Assembly: GCA_043742365.1 (NCBI GenBank)
Contig: JAYTYM010000016.1
Coordinates: 1-36,353, forward strand
Source: a bacterium
GTDB taxonomy: Bacteria; Patescibacteriota; Minisyncoccia; Phycocordibacterales; UBA6899
Direction: 5' to 3'
DNA length: 36,353 bases
Numbering within the stretch: the first letter of the stretch is position 1; the number at the start of each line of letters is the position of its first letter. The notes beneath the pieces were generated by a model, which was not told where the DNA came from, did not search any database, and saw only the letters and a list, made by a program, of their open reading frames with translations. Both the position numbers and the translations under genes were made by a program. Shown here in pieces: positions 1 through 8,582 of this stretch.

Positions 1-128
1 CTGTCCACTCATTGGGTCTTTTGTTTGCAAAGCCATACAAAAACCCACAATGAGTCTTGCGGAGCTCCCCCATAAGAATGGGGCCCTTAGTCGCTCCTCA
101 CCTTGTGCAGCTTAAGCCGCCCAAGTGA
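1..128. repeat. Structured repeat module, copy 1 (cut by the window edge). Homologous to 14258..14348 inside the tRNA-Gly locus.
   Basis: Blocks are shared with 14258..14348. ctgtccact[c/t]attgggtctttt matches 22/23. caatgagtctt[g/a]cgg, cctcac and cttaa follow in the same order. The long hairpin ACUCAUUG..GGGyUUUU..AAAAGACCC..CAAUGAGU is retained in both copies. Confidence 0.55.
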
Positions 129-1880
129 TTACTCGCTCACGACTCGGTAGACCTCTTCGATGCTCGTCATCCCTTGGGCGGCTTGAAAGATGCCGTCTTC
201 TAACATGGTGAGCATGCCTTCTTTGCGCGCTTGCTCCTCGATCTTTTCAGCGGATGCGCTTATGATCGCAAGGTCTTTAATCGCAGGCGACATGCGTAGC
301 ACCTCGTGTATACCGATGCGGCCCTTGTATCCTTCCTCACATTCGGGAGAGGGTTTGGGTTTGTAAAACAGCAGCGTTTCCCACGTCGTATCTTTACCGA
401 CGATGTTTTCATCCTTAAGTGCGGTAAGAATACGGTCGAGGTTAGCTTTTTTGCCGAGTGCTTCGATCTCTGACTTCGTCAGAGTGTATTTCTCTTTCGC
501 CAGACACAGTTTTCGCACGAGACGCTGCGCAATGATGACATTCACTGTTGAGATGATGAGGAAAGGTTCTGCGCCCATGTCGATGAAGCGCGGCATAGCA
601 CCTGCAGCCGAGTTCGTGTGGAGTGTAGAGAGGACCAAGTGTCCGGTAAGTGCTGCATTGATACCGAGTGATGCGGTTTCGCCGTCACGGATCTCTCCAA
701 CCATAATGATGTCCGGGTCCTGACGAAGCAGTGCGCGGAGCCCCATAGCAAAGGTGAGGCTTATTTCTGGCTTCACTTGCGTCTGATTGATACGCGGCAT
801 TTGATATTCAACCGGATCTTCGATCGTCGAAATATTTACGTCGGGCGTATTCAAAATATCTAGCAGAGTATATAGCGTCGTGGTCTTTCCGGAGCCAGTT
901 GGGCCTGTTGCGAGTATCATCCCCACGTGCTGCTTCATTGCATTGTGGAGCGCTTCGAGTCCTTGCCCATGAAAACCAAGTCCCTCGAGGCTAAACCCAC
1001 CTGATGACTCGCGCAAAAGACGCATAACGGTCTTTTCCCCATGATGTGTTGGCAAGGTTGATACACGGAACGATACCTTCTCGTTGTTCAATTGTATCTT
1101 GAAGCGACCATCTTGCGGTAGGCGTTTTTCATCCAGCTTTAAGTTCGAAAGCACCTTAATACGTGCGGTGATACCAGGCGCAGAGTCTTTTGGCAGCACC
1201 ATCGCGTCATGGAGAATGCCGTCGATGCGGTAACGTACGAGCAGCTGATTTTCCATTGGCTCGATATGAATGTCGGAAGCATTCTGGATGATAGCGTGAT
1301 TCAAGAGCGTATCAACAATGCGCACCACAGGTAGGTCTTCGGCAAGCTTCTTCAGATCTTTTTCCGACGCAGGATTATCCTCATCATCAGCGAGCATCTT
1401 TATCGATTGTGCTTCTTGTTGGATGATGTCGCCGAACTCAGCCTTCAGGGACTTTTGATACTGCAGCAATGCGCCTTTAATAGACTCTTGATCTGTGAGT
1501 CGCGTCTGGATACGAATACCTACCTTTTTGCGGACAAAGTCTATTGCCTCAAGGTCATCGACATCAAGCATCGCAACCTCTAGCCCGGAATCGGTTTTGC
1601 GAAAGGCGACGATGTTGTGTTTGCGCGCAATGGGCTCAGGGATAAGTGAGAGGATAGCAAAATCAATTTTTTGTCCCTTAAGGTCAACAAATGGAATACC
1701 GAGGATATATGCTTGAACGCGACGCAGATCATCTGTTGAGATCTTTCCCTGCTTGACCAGCATTTCGCCCACATCACCGCCTTCTTTTTCGGCTGTTTTT
1801 TCAGCCGCGAGCATGTCAGCCCGAGTTGCCAACCCAGAATCAAGGATGAATTTCTTTAATTTTGTTTCTTGTACGAGCAT
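129..1880 (-). CDS. pilB: Type IV pilus / type II secretion assembly ATPase (GspE/PilB family)
   Basis: 583 aa. N-terminal T2SSE_N-like domain, Walker A GPTGSGKTTT, and conserved GspE motifs (RLVRKLC, GYKGRIGIHEV). Confidence 0.93.
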   Translation of the reverse strand: MLVQETKLKKFILDSGLATRADMLAAEKTAEKEGGDVGEMLVKQGKISTDDLRRVQAYILGIPFVDLKGQKIDFAILSLIPEPIARKHNIVAFRKTDSGLEVAMLDVDDLEAIDFVRKKVGIRIQTRLTDQESIKGALLQYQKSLKAEFGDIIQQEAQSIKMLADDEDNPASEKDLKKLAEDLPVVRIVDTLLNHAIIQNASDIHIEPMENQLLVRYRIDGILHDAMVLPKDSAPGITARIKVLSNLKLDEKRLPQDGRFKIQLNNEKVSFRVSTLPTHHGEKTVMRLLRESSGGFSLEGLGFHGQGLEALHNAMKQHVGMILATGPTGSGKTTTLYTLLDILNTPDVNISTIEDPVEYQMPRINQTQVKPEISLTFAMGLRALLRQDPDIIMVGEIRDGETASLGINAALTGHLVLSTLHTNSAAGAMPRFIDMGAEPFLIISTVNVIIAQRLVRKLCLAKEKYTLTKSEIEALGKKANLDRILTALKDENIVGKDTTWETLLFYKPKPSPECEEGYKGRIGIHEVLRMSPAIKDLAIISASAEKIEEQARKEGMLTMLEDGIFQAAQGMTSIEEVYRVVSE

Positions 1881-1983
1881 GGTTGTGTACTCGCTCTATT
1901 ATATGTGTTATTGGAGGTAAATAAAAGCGATTAATTCCAAGAAAACTCAAACCTGTCGACTTGTCGCATGAGGGAGAAATATT

Positions 1984-2011
1984 TTGACAAAATGAAAGGA
2001 TGCTATATACT
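1984..2011 (+). promoter_or_regulatory. Candidate sigma70-type promoter upstream of the nusA leader
   Basis: TTGACA (1984-1989), 16-nt spacer, TATACT (2006-2011). Confidence 0.45.
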
Positions 2012-2023
2012 TAAATTTAATAA

Positions 2024-2058
2024 ACAGGCTACCTTACGGTACCCTGTTTTAATTTTTT
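2024..2058 (+). terminator. Promoter-proximal hairpin plus U-tract (candidate attenuator in the nusA leader)
   Basis: ACAGGCUACC-UUAC-GGUACCCUGU pairs at 9 of 10 positions and is followed by UUUUAAUUUUUU. Confidence 0.45.
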
Positions 2059-2088
2059 CAAATTTGTTACACACTAATAGTTAATCAC

Positions 2089-2214
2089 GGAGCGCGCAGG
2101 TTGGATGCAGTTTGGACGCGACAGCTGGTTGCGTGTCCGAGCGGACGTACTCATCGTACATTCGCCGGACCGCAACTGGCGACAAGTTCAAATTGCGCCG
2201 CCATGCACGCTCCC
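2089..2214 (+). promoter_or_regulatory. GC-rich structured 5' leader of nusA
   Basis: The closing helix GGAGCGCGC (2089-2097) / GCACGCUCC (2206-2214) pairs at 8 of 9 positions. Internal hairpins are GUCC-GAGC-GGAC, GUAC-UCAUC-GUAC and GGCG(A)CAA-GUUCAAA-UUGCGCC. GC content contrasts sharply with the AT-rich spacer at 1881-2088. Confidence 0.4.
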
Positions 2215-2224
2215 CCCAACAAAC

Positions 2225-3592
2225 ATGCTTGACCTTAAAACAATGAAGAGCGCACTGGAGCAGCTCGAAGCCGAGAAAGGCATTCCAAAAGAGAAGATCA
2301 TCGATGCCATAGAAGCTGCGCTTGCAGCCGCTTACAAAAAAGATTACGGCAAGAAGGGCCAGATCGTTCGCGCCAAGCTCGACATGGACACCGGTAAGAC
2401 CGATTTCGTACAGGTAAAGATCATCGTCGATGACGGCATGGTCCGTCAGCCCGTCGAAGGCGAAGAGGAGGACGACGACTTACCCGTGAAGCCTTTCATA
2501 AGTACCCCAGAGCCCATTGTCGGTGCTGAGGGCGAGGGAGATATCGACACCCGCGTACGTTACAACCCCGAGCACCACATCATGATCGAGGATGCACGCC
2601 TCATCAAGAGCGGGGCTGAACTCGGTGAGGAACTCGTTTTTGCACTTGACGCGAAGGACGACTACGGACGTATTGCTGCACAAACTGCAAAGCAGGTCAT
2701 TATTCAGAAGATCCGCGAAGCTGAGAAGTCCTCCGTGCTTGATGAATTTGCACAGCGCGGAGAAGAAATCGTCACTGGTCTTGTGCAGCGTATCGAGCGT
2801 GGCAATATCTTCATTGACCTTGGGCGTGCAACAGGCCTCATGGGCTACGAAGACCAGATCCCTGGTGAGCGCTATCGCACAGGTGAGCGCATTCGAAGCT
2901 ACCTATATTCAGTCGAGGAATCTCCTCGCGGTATCAATCTACGATTGTCGCGTGCGCATCCAAACTTTGTTCGCGCCTTATTCTCTCTTGAGGCCCCAGA
3001 AGTACAAAACGGCATAGTTGAACTCAAAGAAATTGCGCGCGAAGCAGGCTCACGCACGAAGATCGCCGTACATTCTAACGATTCACACGTTGACCCTGTT
3101 GGCTCATGTGTCGGCCAGCGCGGAGTGCGCGTCGCAACCGTCATCTCAGAGCTCGGCGGTGAGAAGATCGACGTTATCGAATGGTCGCCCGATATTGAGA
3201 AGTTCATTGCAGATGCACTTTCACCGGCGAAGGTGCGCAGTGTCATCGTCAACAATGAAGACCGGCAAGCAACTGTCGAGGTTATGCCTGACCAACTTTC
3301 ACTTGCTATTGGCCGTGGCGGTCAAAACGTGCGCCTTGCAGCAAAGCTTACGGGCTATCGCATCGATATCAAGTCAACTGAGGGTGAGGCTACGGTGGCG
3401 GATGCTGACGAAAATTCTAAAACAAAGGATGCGTCGACTCCTGAAGAGGAAGTTGCGGAATTCATTTCATCAGAGAACATGGGAATGCCAGAAGATGCTG
3501 ATGAAGTAGCTGAAGCGCTGCCGCTTACGAGCGAGAGTGCGGTCACCGACGACAATACCAACATCGAAGAAGAGTACAAGACGAAAGAATAG
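2225..3592 (+). CDS. nusA: Transcription termination/antitermination factor NusA
   Basis: N-terminal domain, S1 domain and two KH domains (GRGGQNVRLAAKLTG), with an acidic C-terminal tail. Start set at MLDLKTMK (2225); the ORF-track start at 2105 lies in the leader. Confidence 0.93.
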   Translation: MLDLKTMKSALEQLEAEKGIPKEKIIDAIEAALAAAYKKDYGKKGQIVRAKLDMDTGKTDFVQVKIIVDDGMVRQPVEGEEEDDDLPVKPFISTPEPIVGAEGEGDIDTRVRYNPEHHIMIEDARLIKSGAELGEELVFALDAKDDYGRIAAQTAKQVIIQKIREAEKSSVLDEFAQRGEEIVTGLVQRIERGNIFIDLGRATGLMGYEDQIPGERYRTGERIRSYLYSVEESPRGINLRLSRAHPNFVRALFSLEAPEVQNGIVELKEIAREAGSRTKIAVHSNDSHVDPVGSCVGQRGVRVATVISELGGEKIDVIEWSPDIEKFIADALSPAKVRSVIVNNEDRQATVEVMPDQLSLAIGRGGQNVRLAAKLTGYRIDIKSTEGEATVADADENSKTKDASTPEEEVAEFISSENMGMPEDADEVAEALPLTSESAVTDDNTNIEEEYKTKE

Positions 3593-3626
3593 TCGAACAC
3601 CCACTTAATAGATAGCTTACCTACAC

Positions 3627-4151
3627 ATGAACCTTTGGCACGATATCCCCTATGGAAATAAAGATATTTTAAACGTCATCATCGAAATTCCGATGCTTTC
3701 ACGCGTAAAGTACGAACTCGATAAAGACACCGGTCTTATTAAGTACGATCGTGTTCTCTATTCCCCGATGCATTACCCTGCGAATTATGGTTTTGTCCCT
3801 CAGACGCTCTGGGATGATGGCGACCCTCTTGATGTGCTTGTGCTTGGAGCTGAGCCTCTTGTTCCGGGATGCTTAGTTGAGGCTCGCCCAATAGGTGTCC
3901 TCGATATGATTGACGGAGGTGAGGGTGATGCAAAAGTCCTTGCCGTTCCTGCTGCTGACCCACGCTGGAAGAACACCACTGACATTTCTGACCTTGAACC
4001 ACACGCACTCGAAGAGATCAAGCATTTCTTCACCGTTTACAAAGACTTGCAGAAAAAGAAGGTTGAAGTGGGAGAATGGCGCGATGCTGCTTCTGCCAAA
4101 GCTGACGTGGTCAAGTCAATTGAGTCGTATAAAAATAGAGCAAAAGTCTAA
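3627..4151 (+). CDS. ppa: Inorganic pyrophosphatase (family I)
   Basis: 174 aa with the YPANYGFVPQT and DGDPLDVLVL motifs. Confidence 0.95.
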   Translation: MNLWHDIPYGNKDILNVIIEIPMLSRVKYELDKDTGLIKYDRVLYSPMHYPANYGFVPQTLWDDGDPLDVLVLGAEPLVPGCLVEARPIGVLDMIDGGEGDAKVLAVPAADPRWKNTTDISDLEPHALEEIKHFFTVYKDLQKKKVEVGEWRDAASAKADVVKSIESYKNRAKV

Positions 4152-4175
4152 TAGACAACTTATCCACCGCACACC

Positions 4176-4208
4176 ATAGCTGCTGTCACAGGACCGCAGC
4201 TATTTTGT
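4176..4208 (+). terminator. Intrinsic terminator after ppa
   Basis: AUAGCUGC / GCAGCUAU stem followed by UUUUG. Confidence 0.6.
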
Positions 4209-4261
4209 TATACTGTTGAAGCGTAAGTTTGGAATTCATTATTTAATAATATTCATAATCT

Positions 4262-5080
4262 ATGAGATCGATCGTACCCATAAGTGCCCTGATGCTCGGC
4301 GCACTGACTCTTCTCCCGGCAGTCAGCTTTGCTGAGCAAATTTCGGCGACAGCAGAAGCTTCTACGGAAACCTCGGGCACCATTAAGGTCCCCGTCACAA
4401 CACACGCCGACAGTTACTCCTTCGGAGCATCCAACCCAACATCAATGGGCACAAGCGGTCATGGTGCAGGCAAAATAACTGCGACCGGCACGAGGCCTGT
4501 TGAGAAAGCTATTGAGGAGCGTATGCAGGAACGCGATGCTATGCATGCAAAATTAGTTGGAAGCGGTGAGGAGCGTAGAGGTGAAATGCGGCAGAACATG
4601 ATGAAAGAGCGCGTAGAAATTTTTTCACACTTTAGCGCAACCATCATCGGTCGCATGAACGCAGCGATCAACAGACTGAAGAAGATCGCGGACCGCCTTG
4701 ACTCACGCATCACAAAAGAGAAAGCCCGCGGAGTCGACACTTCAAAAGCAGAAGCGAATATCGCAATAGCACGCGTAAAAATCTCCGATGCTGAGACTGC
4801 GGTGAGTCTCGCAGCAAATATCGTATCTTCAACAACCGCAAGCATTAACCTGAGCTCGACAACCACAAAGCCCTCCGATATTGGCAAGCCTGTACGAGAA
4901 GAGCTTGCGAAGGCACGTGAGGCAGTATTTGCCGCACACAAAGCACTTGTAGATGCGATATCAAGTCTTACGGGTGTCGTCACAACTTCCGACGAACAGC
5001 ACGGTGATGTAAAAACCCACGGCAAAGTTGGCTCGAGTACAACTGTCTCAACGAGTGCAGGCACATCGGTGACCCATTGA
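4262..5080 (+). CDS. Secreted hypothetical protein (signal peptide, Ser/Thr-rich ends, helical middle)
   Basis: N-terminal MRSIVPISALMLGALTLLPAVSFA signal-like segment. No recognisable domain. Confidence 0.7.
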   Translation: MRSIVPISALMLGALTLLPAVSFAEQISATAEASTETSGTIKVPVTTHADSYSFGASNPTSMGTSGHGAGKITATGTRPVEKAIEERMQERDAMHAKLVGSGEERRGEMRQNMMKERVEIFSHFSATIIGRMNAAINRLKKIADRLDSRITKEKARGVDTSKAEANIAIARVKISDAETAVSLAANIVSSTTASINLSSTTTKPSDIGKPVREELAKAREAVFAAHKALVDAISSLTGVVTTSDEQHGDVKTHGKVGSSTTVSTSAGTSVTH

Positions 5081-5109
5081 TCATAAATTATCAATCATAC
5101 TATTTACCT

Positions 5110-5397
5110 ATGGAACAAGAACAAAACACTCCGCAACTCCGAACAAGCAATAATTCCATGCACTTCGCAGTTGGCGCAGTTGGCGTCGTCGCAGTACTTC
5201 TCCTTGTTGGATATATCATAAATACACAGCAAGGTAGCCCTGAGATAGCACAGACTCCAACGCAAAATGGAGCACCTAAAGGTGATTCCGCGACAATGGC
5301 ACTCGCCTCACAGAGCTCTTCCGATGAACTGACGTCCATCAATGCAGACTTACGGGCAACTGACATGAATTCGCTTAATGATAGCGACAAGATATAG
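5110..5397 (+). CDS. Small single-pass membrane protein, hypothetical
   Basis: Start taken at MEQEQNT. One TM segment, FAVGAVGVVAVLLLVGYII. Confidence 0.6.
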   Translation: MEQEQNTPQLRTSNNSMHFAVGAVGVVAVLLLVGYIINTQQGSPEIAQTPTQNGAPKGDSATMALASQSSSDELTSINADLRATDMNSLNDSDKI

Positions 5398-5420
5398 CGA
5401 AATTCACTTGTTTATACAAC

Positions 5421-5450
5421 AACATCCGCCTCCTTAGGCGGATGTTTTGT
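5421..5450 (+). terminator. Intrinsic terminator
   Basis: AACAUCCGCC-UCCUUA-GGCGGAUGUU followed by UUGU. Confidence 0.7.
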
Positions 5451-5512
5451 TTATACTTTAATTTTTTTTGCAATTTTTTAGCGATTTGCAAAAGTGCGGA
5501 AGAACAGTTACT

Positions 5513-6601
5513 ATGCCGAGCATTATGGAAAATAAAATCAAAAATACTGATAAGTATCAGGTGACGATAAAGACATTGCCGATGTCTCAAGTAGAGATAA
5601 CCGCCGTCATACCGAGTGAGGAATTTGACAAGACGAGGGGCGAAGCCATCAAGCATATTGGGAAAGACATAGAATTCCCTGGTTTTCGCAAAGGTCATGT
5701 GCCTGAAAAAATGCTCAACTCACGATTAGGTGAAGGGGTGATACTCGAAGAAATGGCAGAGATAGCGATAGGCCGTGTTTATGGAGAGATCATCACCGAG
5801 AGCAAGATCGACGCACTCGGCAGACCAGAGGTACGCATCACAAAGATCGCAGCGGGAAATCCGCTTGAGTTCACCCTCACTACAGCTGTGTTTCCAGAGG
5901 TAATACTTCCCGACTACAAAAAGATTTCCTCCGCGACAAAAATAACTGAGGAGGTGAGCGTGAGCGAAGAAGAGATCGATAAAACGATCGATGAGATCCG
6001 CAAGATGCGCGCGAAAAATGATGCGGCAAAATCAGACGAGCACACCCATGAAGCAGGTACGCAAGCGGAAGTCGAGCCTGAGCTTCCTCCTCTTGATGAT
6101 GCATTCGTGAAGCTACTCGGTGATTTTGAAAACGTTGATGCGTTCAAAGCGAAGCTCAAAGAGAATCTTTTTAAAGAAAAGGAGCGCGCCCTACGCGACA
6201 AAAAACGCGTCGCCATAATGGAGGGAATAATTTCTGCAACTTCAGTCGACTTACCTGAAATTATTGTTGAGCAAGAACTGCACCGCATGGAAGAAGAATT
6301 TACTCAAGAAATATCTCGCATGGGCATGACTCTTGATGCGTACATGAAAGCGGTTGGAAAAACCACACAAGATATGCACAAAGAGTGGCGCCCAGATGCG
6401 GAGAAGCGCGCAAAAGTACAACTTATTACTTCTCAGATTGCCGACAACGAAAAAATCACTCCTGACGAAGAGGAGCTCGCACGAGAAGCTGTGCGTTTGC
6501 ATGAACTTTATCCAGATGCCGACAAAGCGCGTGTGCGAGGCTATCTTGAGATGCTGCTCACAAACGAAAAGGTATTTAAGTTCCTTGAGTCCCAAGCGTA
6601 A
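5513..6601 (+). CDS. tig: Trigger factor, apparently lacking the FKBP-type PPIase domain
   Basis: N-terminal ribosome-binding domain with GFRKGHVP. The C-terminal chaperone arm is present. Only a short acidic linker (KSDEHTHEAGTQAEVEPELPPLDD) sits where the PPIase domain normally lies. Confidence 0.88.
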   Translation: MPSIMENKIKNTDKYQVTIKTLPMSQVEITAVIPSEEFDKTRGEAIKHIGKDIEFPGFRKGHVPEKMLNSRLGEGVILEEMAEIAIGRVYGEIITESKIDALGRPEVRITKIAAGNPLEFTLTTAVFPEVILPDYKKISSATKITEEVSVSEEEIDKTIDEIRKMRAKNDAAKSDEHTHEAGTQAEVEPELPPLDDAFVKLLGDFENVDAFKAKLKENLFKEKERALRDKKRVAIMEGIISATSVDLPEIIVEQELHRMEEEFTQEISRMGMTLDAYMKAVGKTTQDMHKEWRPDAEKRAKVQLITSQIADNEKITPDEEELAREAVRLHELYPDADKARVRGYLEMLLTNEKVFKFLESQA

Positions 6602-6606
6602 ACTAA

Positions 6607-6642
6607 AAAAATAAATATCCCACTCAGGGATATTTTATTTTT
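6607..6642 (+). terminator. Intrinsic terminator after tig
   Basis: AAAAUAAAUAUCCC-ACUCA-GGGAUAUUUUAUUUU. Confidence 0.7.
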
Positions 6643-6710
6643 AACGAGATTGTAGGTTTTTGTTGTAATAATAATTTTGAAAATATTCATCAGTGTAGTA
6701 TCCTCCACTG

Positions 6711-7448
6711 ATGAGCAAGCCACGCATCTTAATTACCCTCGACCACTCATATGGTCCGAGCGAGCGTATCTATATCAATCTCTCATATTTAAACGCTATA
6801 GAGGGAGCAGGTGGTACCCCTGTTCTTGTCGGCCGCCCTGACAAGGAAGAGGTGGAGCGCCTTATCGCCTCATGTGACGCAGTGTTTCTTACTGGTGGCG
6901 ATGATGTGGTTCCTGAATTATATGGAGCAGAGAAAAGTCTGCTCTGTGGAAAAATTGACCCGAGCGACCGCGATCGTGTTGAGTGGGATATTCTTGACCG
7001 CGCATACGAAAGAAAGATGCCAATACTCGGAGTCTGTCGAGGGATGCAGGTCATGAACGCACACTTAGGTGGAACCCTCTACCAAGACATAGCCGGCGAG
7101 ATGGCAAACGCAATCAATCACGACTTTCACAAAGATGAGGAGGGTAATAAGCTCAGACGTGACCTACCAGCACACGATGCGCTGGTCATTCCTGATACGT
7201 TGTTCCACAAAATCGTTGGCGAGAACAAATTTTCCGTAAACAGCCTCCATCATCAAGGGGTTAAAAATCTCTCAAATAAATTCACGCAGGGCGCAACCTC
7301 ACCTGATGGCCTTATTGAAGCAATCGAGCACATCGAGCACCCCTTTTGCTTAGGAGTACAGTGGCATCCAGAAGAAATGGGCGACACCCCCTCGCAAAAA
7401 CTTTTCCAAGCATTTATAAGCGCTGCGCGTTCTTGGGATTCTCAATAG
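6711..7448 (+). CDS. Class I glutamine amidotransferase / peptidase C26 (gamma-glutamyl-GABA hydrolase-like)
   Basis: GVCRGMQVMN nucleophile elbow and the HHQ..QWHPE motif. Confidence 0.88.
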   Translation: MSKPRILITLDHSYGPSERIYINLSYLNAIEGAGGTPVLVGRPDKEEVERLIASCDAVFLTGGDDVVPELYGAEKSLLCGKIDPSDRDRVEWDILDRAYERKMPILGVCRGMQVMNAHLGGTLYQDIAGEMANAINHDFHKDEEGNKLRRDLPAHDALVIPDTLFHKIVGENKFSVNSLHHQGVKNLSNKFTQGATSPDGLIEAIEHIEHPFCLGVQWHPEEMGDTPSQKLFQAFISAARSWDSQ

Positions 7449-7618
7449 AGATGCCCTACTTAAAGAAGGATCATTGACTGATGCTTCTTTAAACATCCTT
7501 GAATCATTTGTTCAAGCTGCGATGATCTAAATCTGACAGCAGTATCGCATCCTTGTCAAATTGGTACATTCGTGTTATGTTTCTTTATATTTTGTGTTAT
7601 CGGAACTAATTTTTTTCT

Positions 7619-8209
7619 ATGTCATTCCTTATCCCAACCGTTATTGAAAAGACTTCCCTCGGTGAGCGTGCCTATGATATTTACTCTCGCCTACTAAAGG
7701 AACGAATTATTTTTCTTGGCAGCGCCATTGATGACGATGTTGCAAATATTGTTATTGCGCAACTGCTTTTCCTCGAGTCTGAAGATCCGAAAAAAGATGT
7801 GCTGCTCTATGTCCACTCACCTGGAGGCTCAGTATCTGCCGCAATGGCCATCTATGACACCATGAATCACATCAAACCAGATGTCTCTACTATCTGTATC
7901 GGCATCGCTGCATCAGCCGCCGCAGTGATTCTTTCGTCAGGAACCAAGGGCAAGCGCTATGCACTTCCCAATGCCGAAGTCATGATCCACCAAGTAATGG
8001 GAGGAGCTGAAGGCCAAGCCTCTGACATCGCTATAACTGCAAAGCATATTCTTAAAACCAAAGAAAATCTCAACAAGATCCTCTCAAAAAACACAGGAAA
8101 GACCATCGCAGAAGTTGAAAAGGACTCAGATCGTGACTATTATATGTCCGCAGATGAGGCAAAGAAATACGGACTAATCGACGAGGTTATGAAGCCAAAA
8201 GGTCGATAA
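7619..8209 (+). CDS. clpP: ATP-dependent Clp protease proteolytic subunit
   Basis: 196 aa. [19 protein letters not shown], active-site context [15 protein letters not shown]. Confidence 0.96.
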   Translation: MSFLIPTVIEKTSLGERAYDIYSRLLKERIIFLGSAIDDDVANIVIAQLLFLESEDPKKDVLLYVHSPGGSVSAAMAIYDTMNHIKPDVSTICIGIAASAAAVILSSGTKGKRYALPNAEVMIHQVMGGAEGQASDIAITAKHILKTKENLNKILSKNTGKTIAEVEKDSDRDYYMSADEAKKYGLIDEVMKPKGR

Positions 8210-8233
8210 GCAAAATTGATACTATGGCGGCAT

Positions 8234-8271
8234 AAATGGAGCTTGTGTATATACATAAGCTCCATTTTTTT
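8234..8271 (+). terminator. Intrinsic terminator after clpP
   Basis: AAAUGGAGCUU..AAGCUCCAUUU followed by UUUU. Confidence 0.75.
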
Positions 8272-8582
8272 ACCGTTGTGTTGTGTAAGTAACTAATTCG
8301 ACACCGCAACTCCAATCTGCTACATTTAGATTGCTGACGTTCTATAGCTCCGTCCGAGTCAGCAAACTAAGAATTCGCTATTTATCAACACAAAAAGACT
8401 TTCTCTTCCTTTCGTATCAAAAAGCGCATATCGATATTGCAATAATGAATCTCAGAACTTGTTTTGAATTGAAAAACTCTCAAATATTCATGTAATATAG
8501 CCTCGCTTCACGCGACAGGCTCAGAGCTATCGTATAGACGCAAAATGAACTTTAGGAAAGTTAGTTTTGTTATTTTTAATTT

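Noticed and set aside
2105-2224. N-terminal extension of NusA from the ORF-track start at 2105
   Set aside because: The extension translates the GC-rich structured leader. Conserved NusA sequence begins at MLDLKTMK (2225).

The same reasoning trimmed the tig (5468), PMM (15223), cheW (23087), AAA ATPase (11524), rpsO (32598) and 32239 ORF starts.
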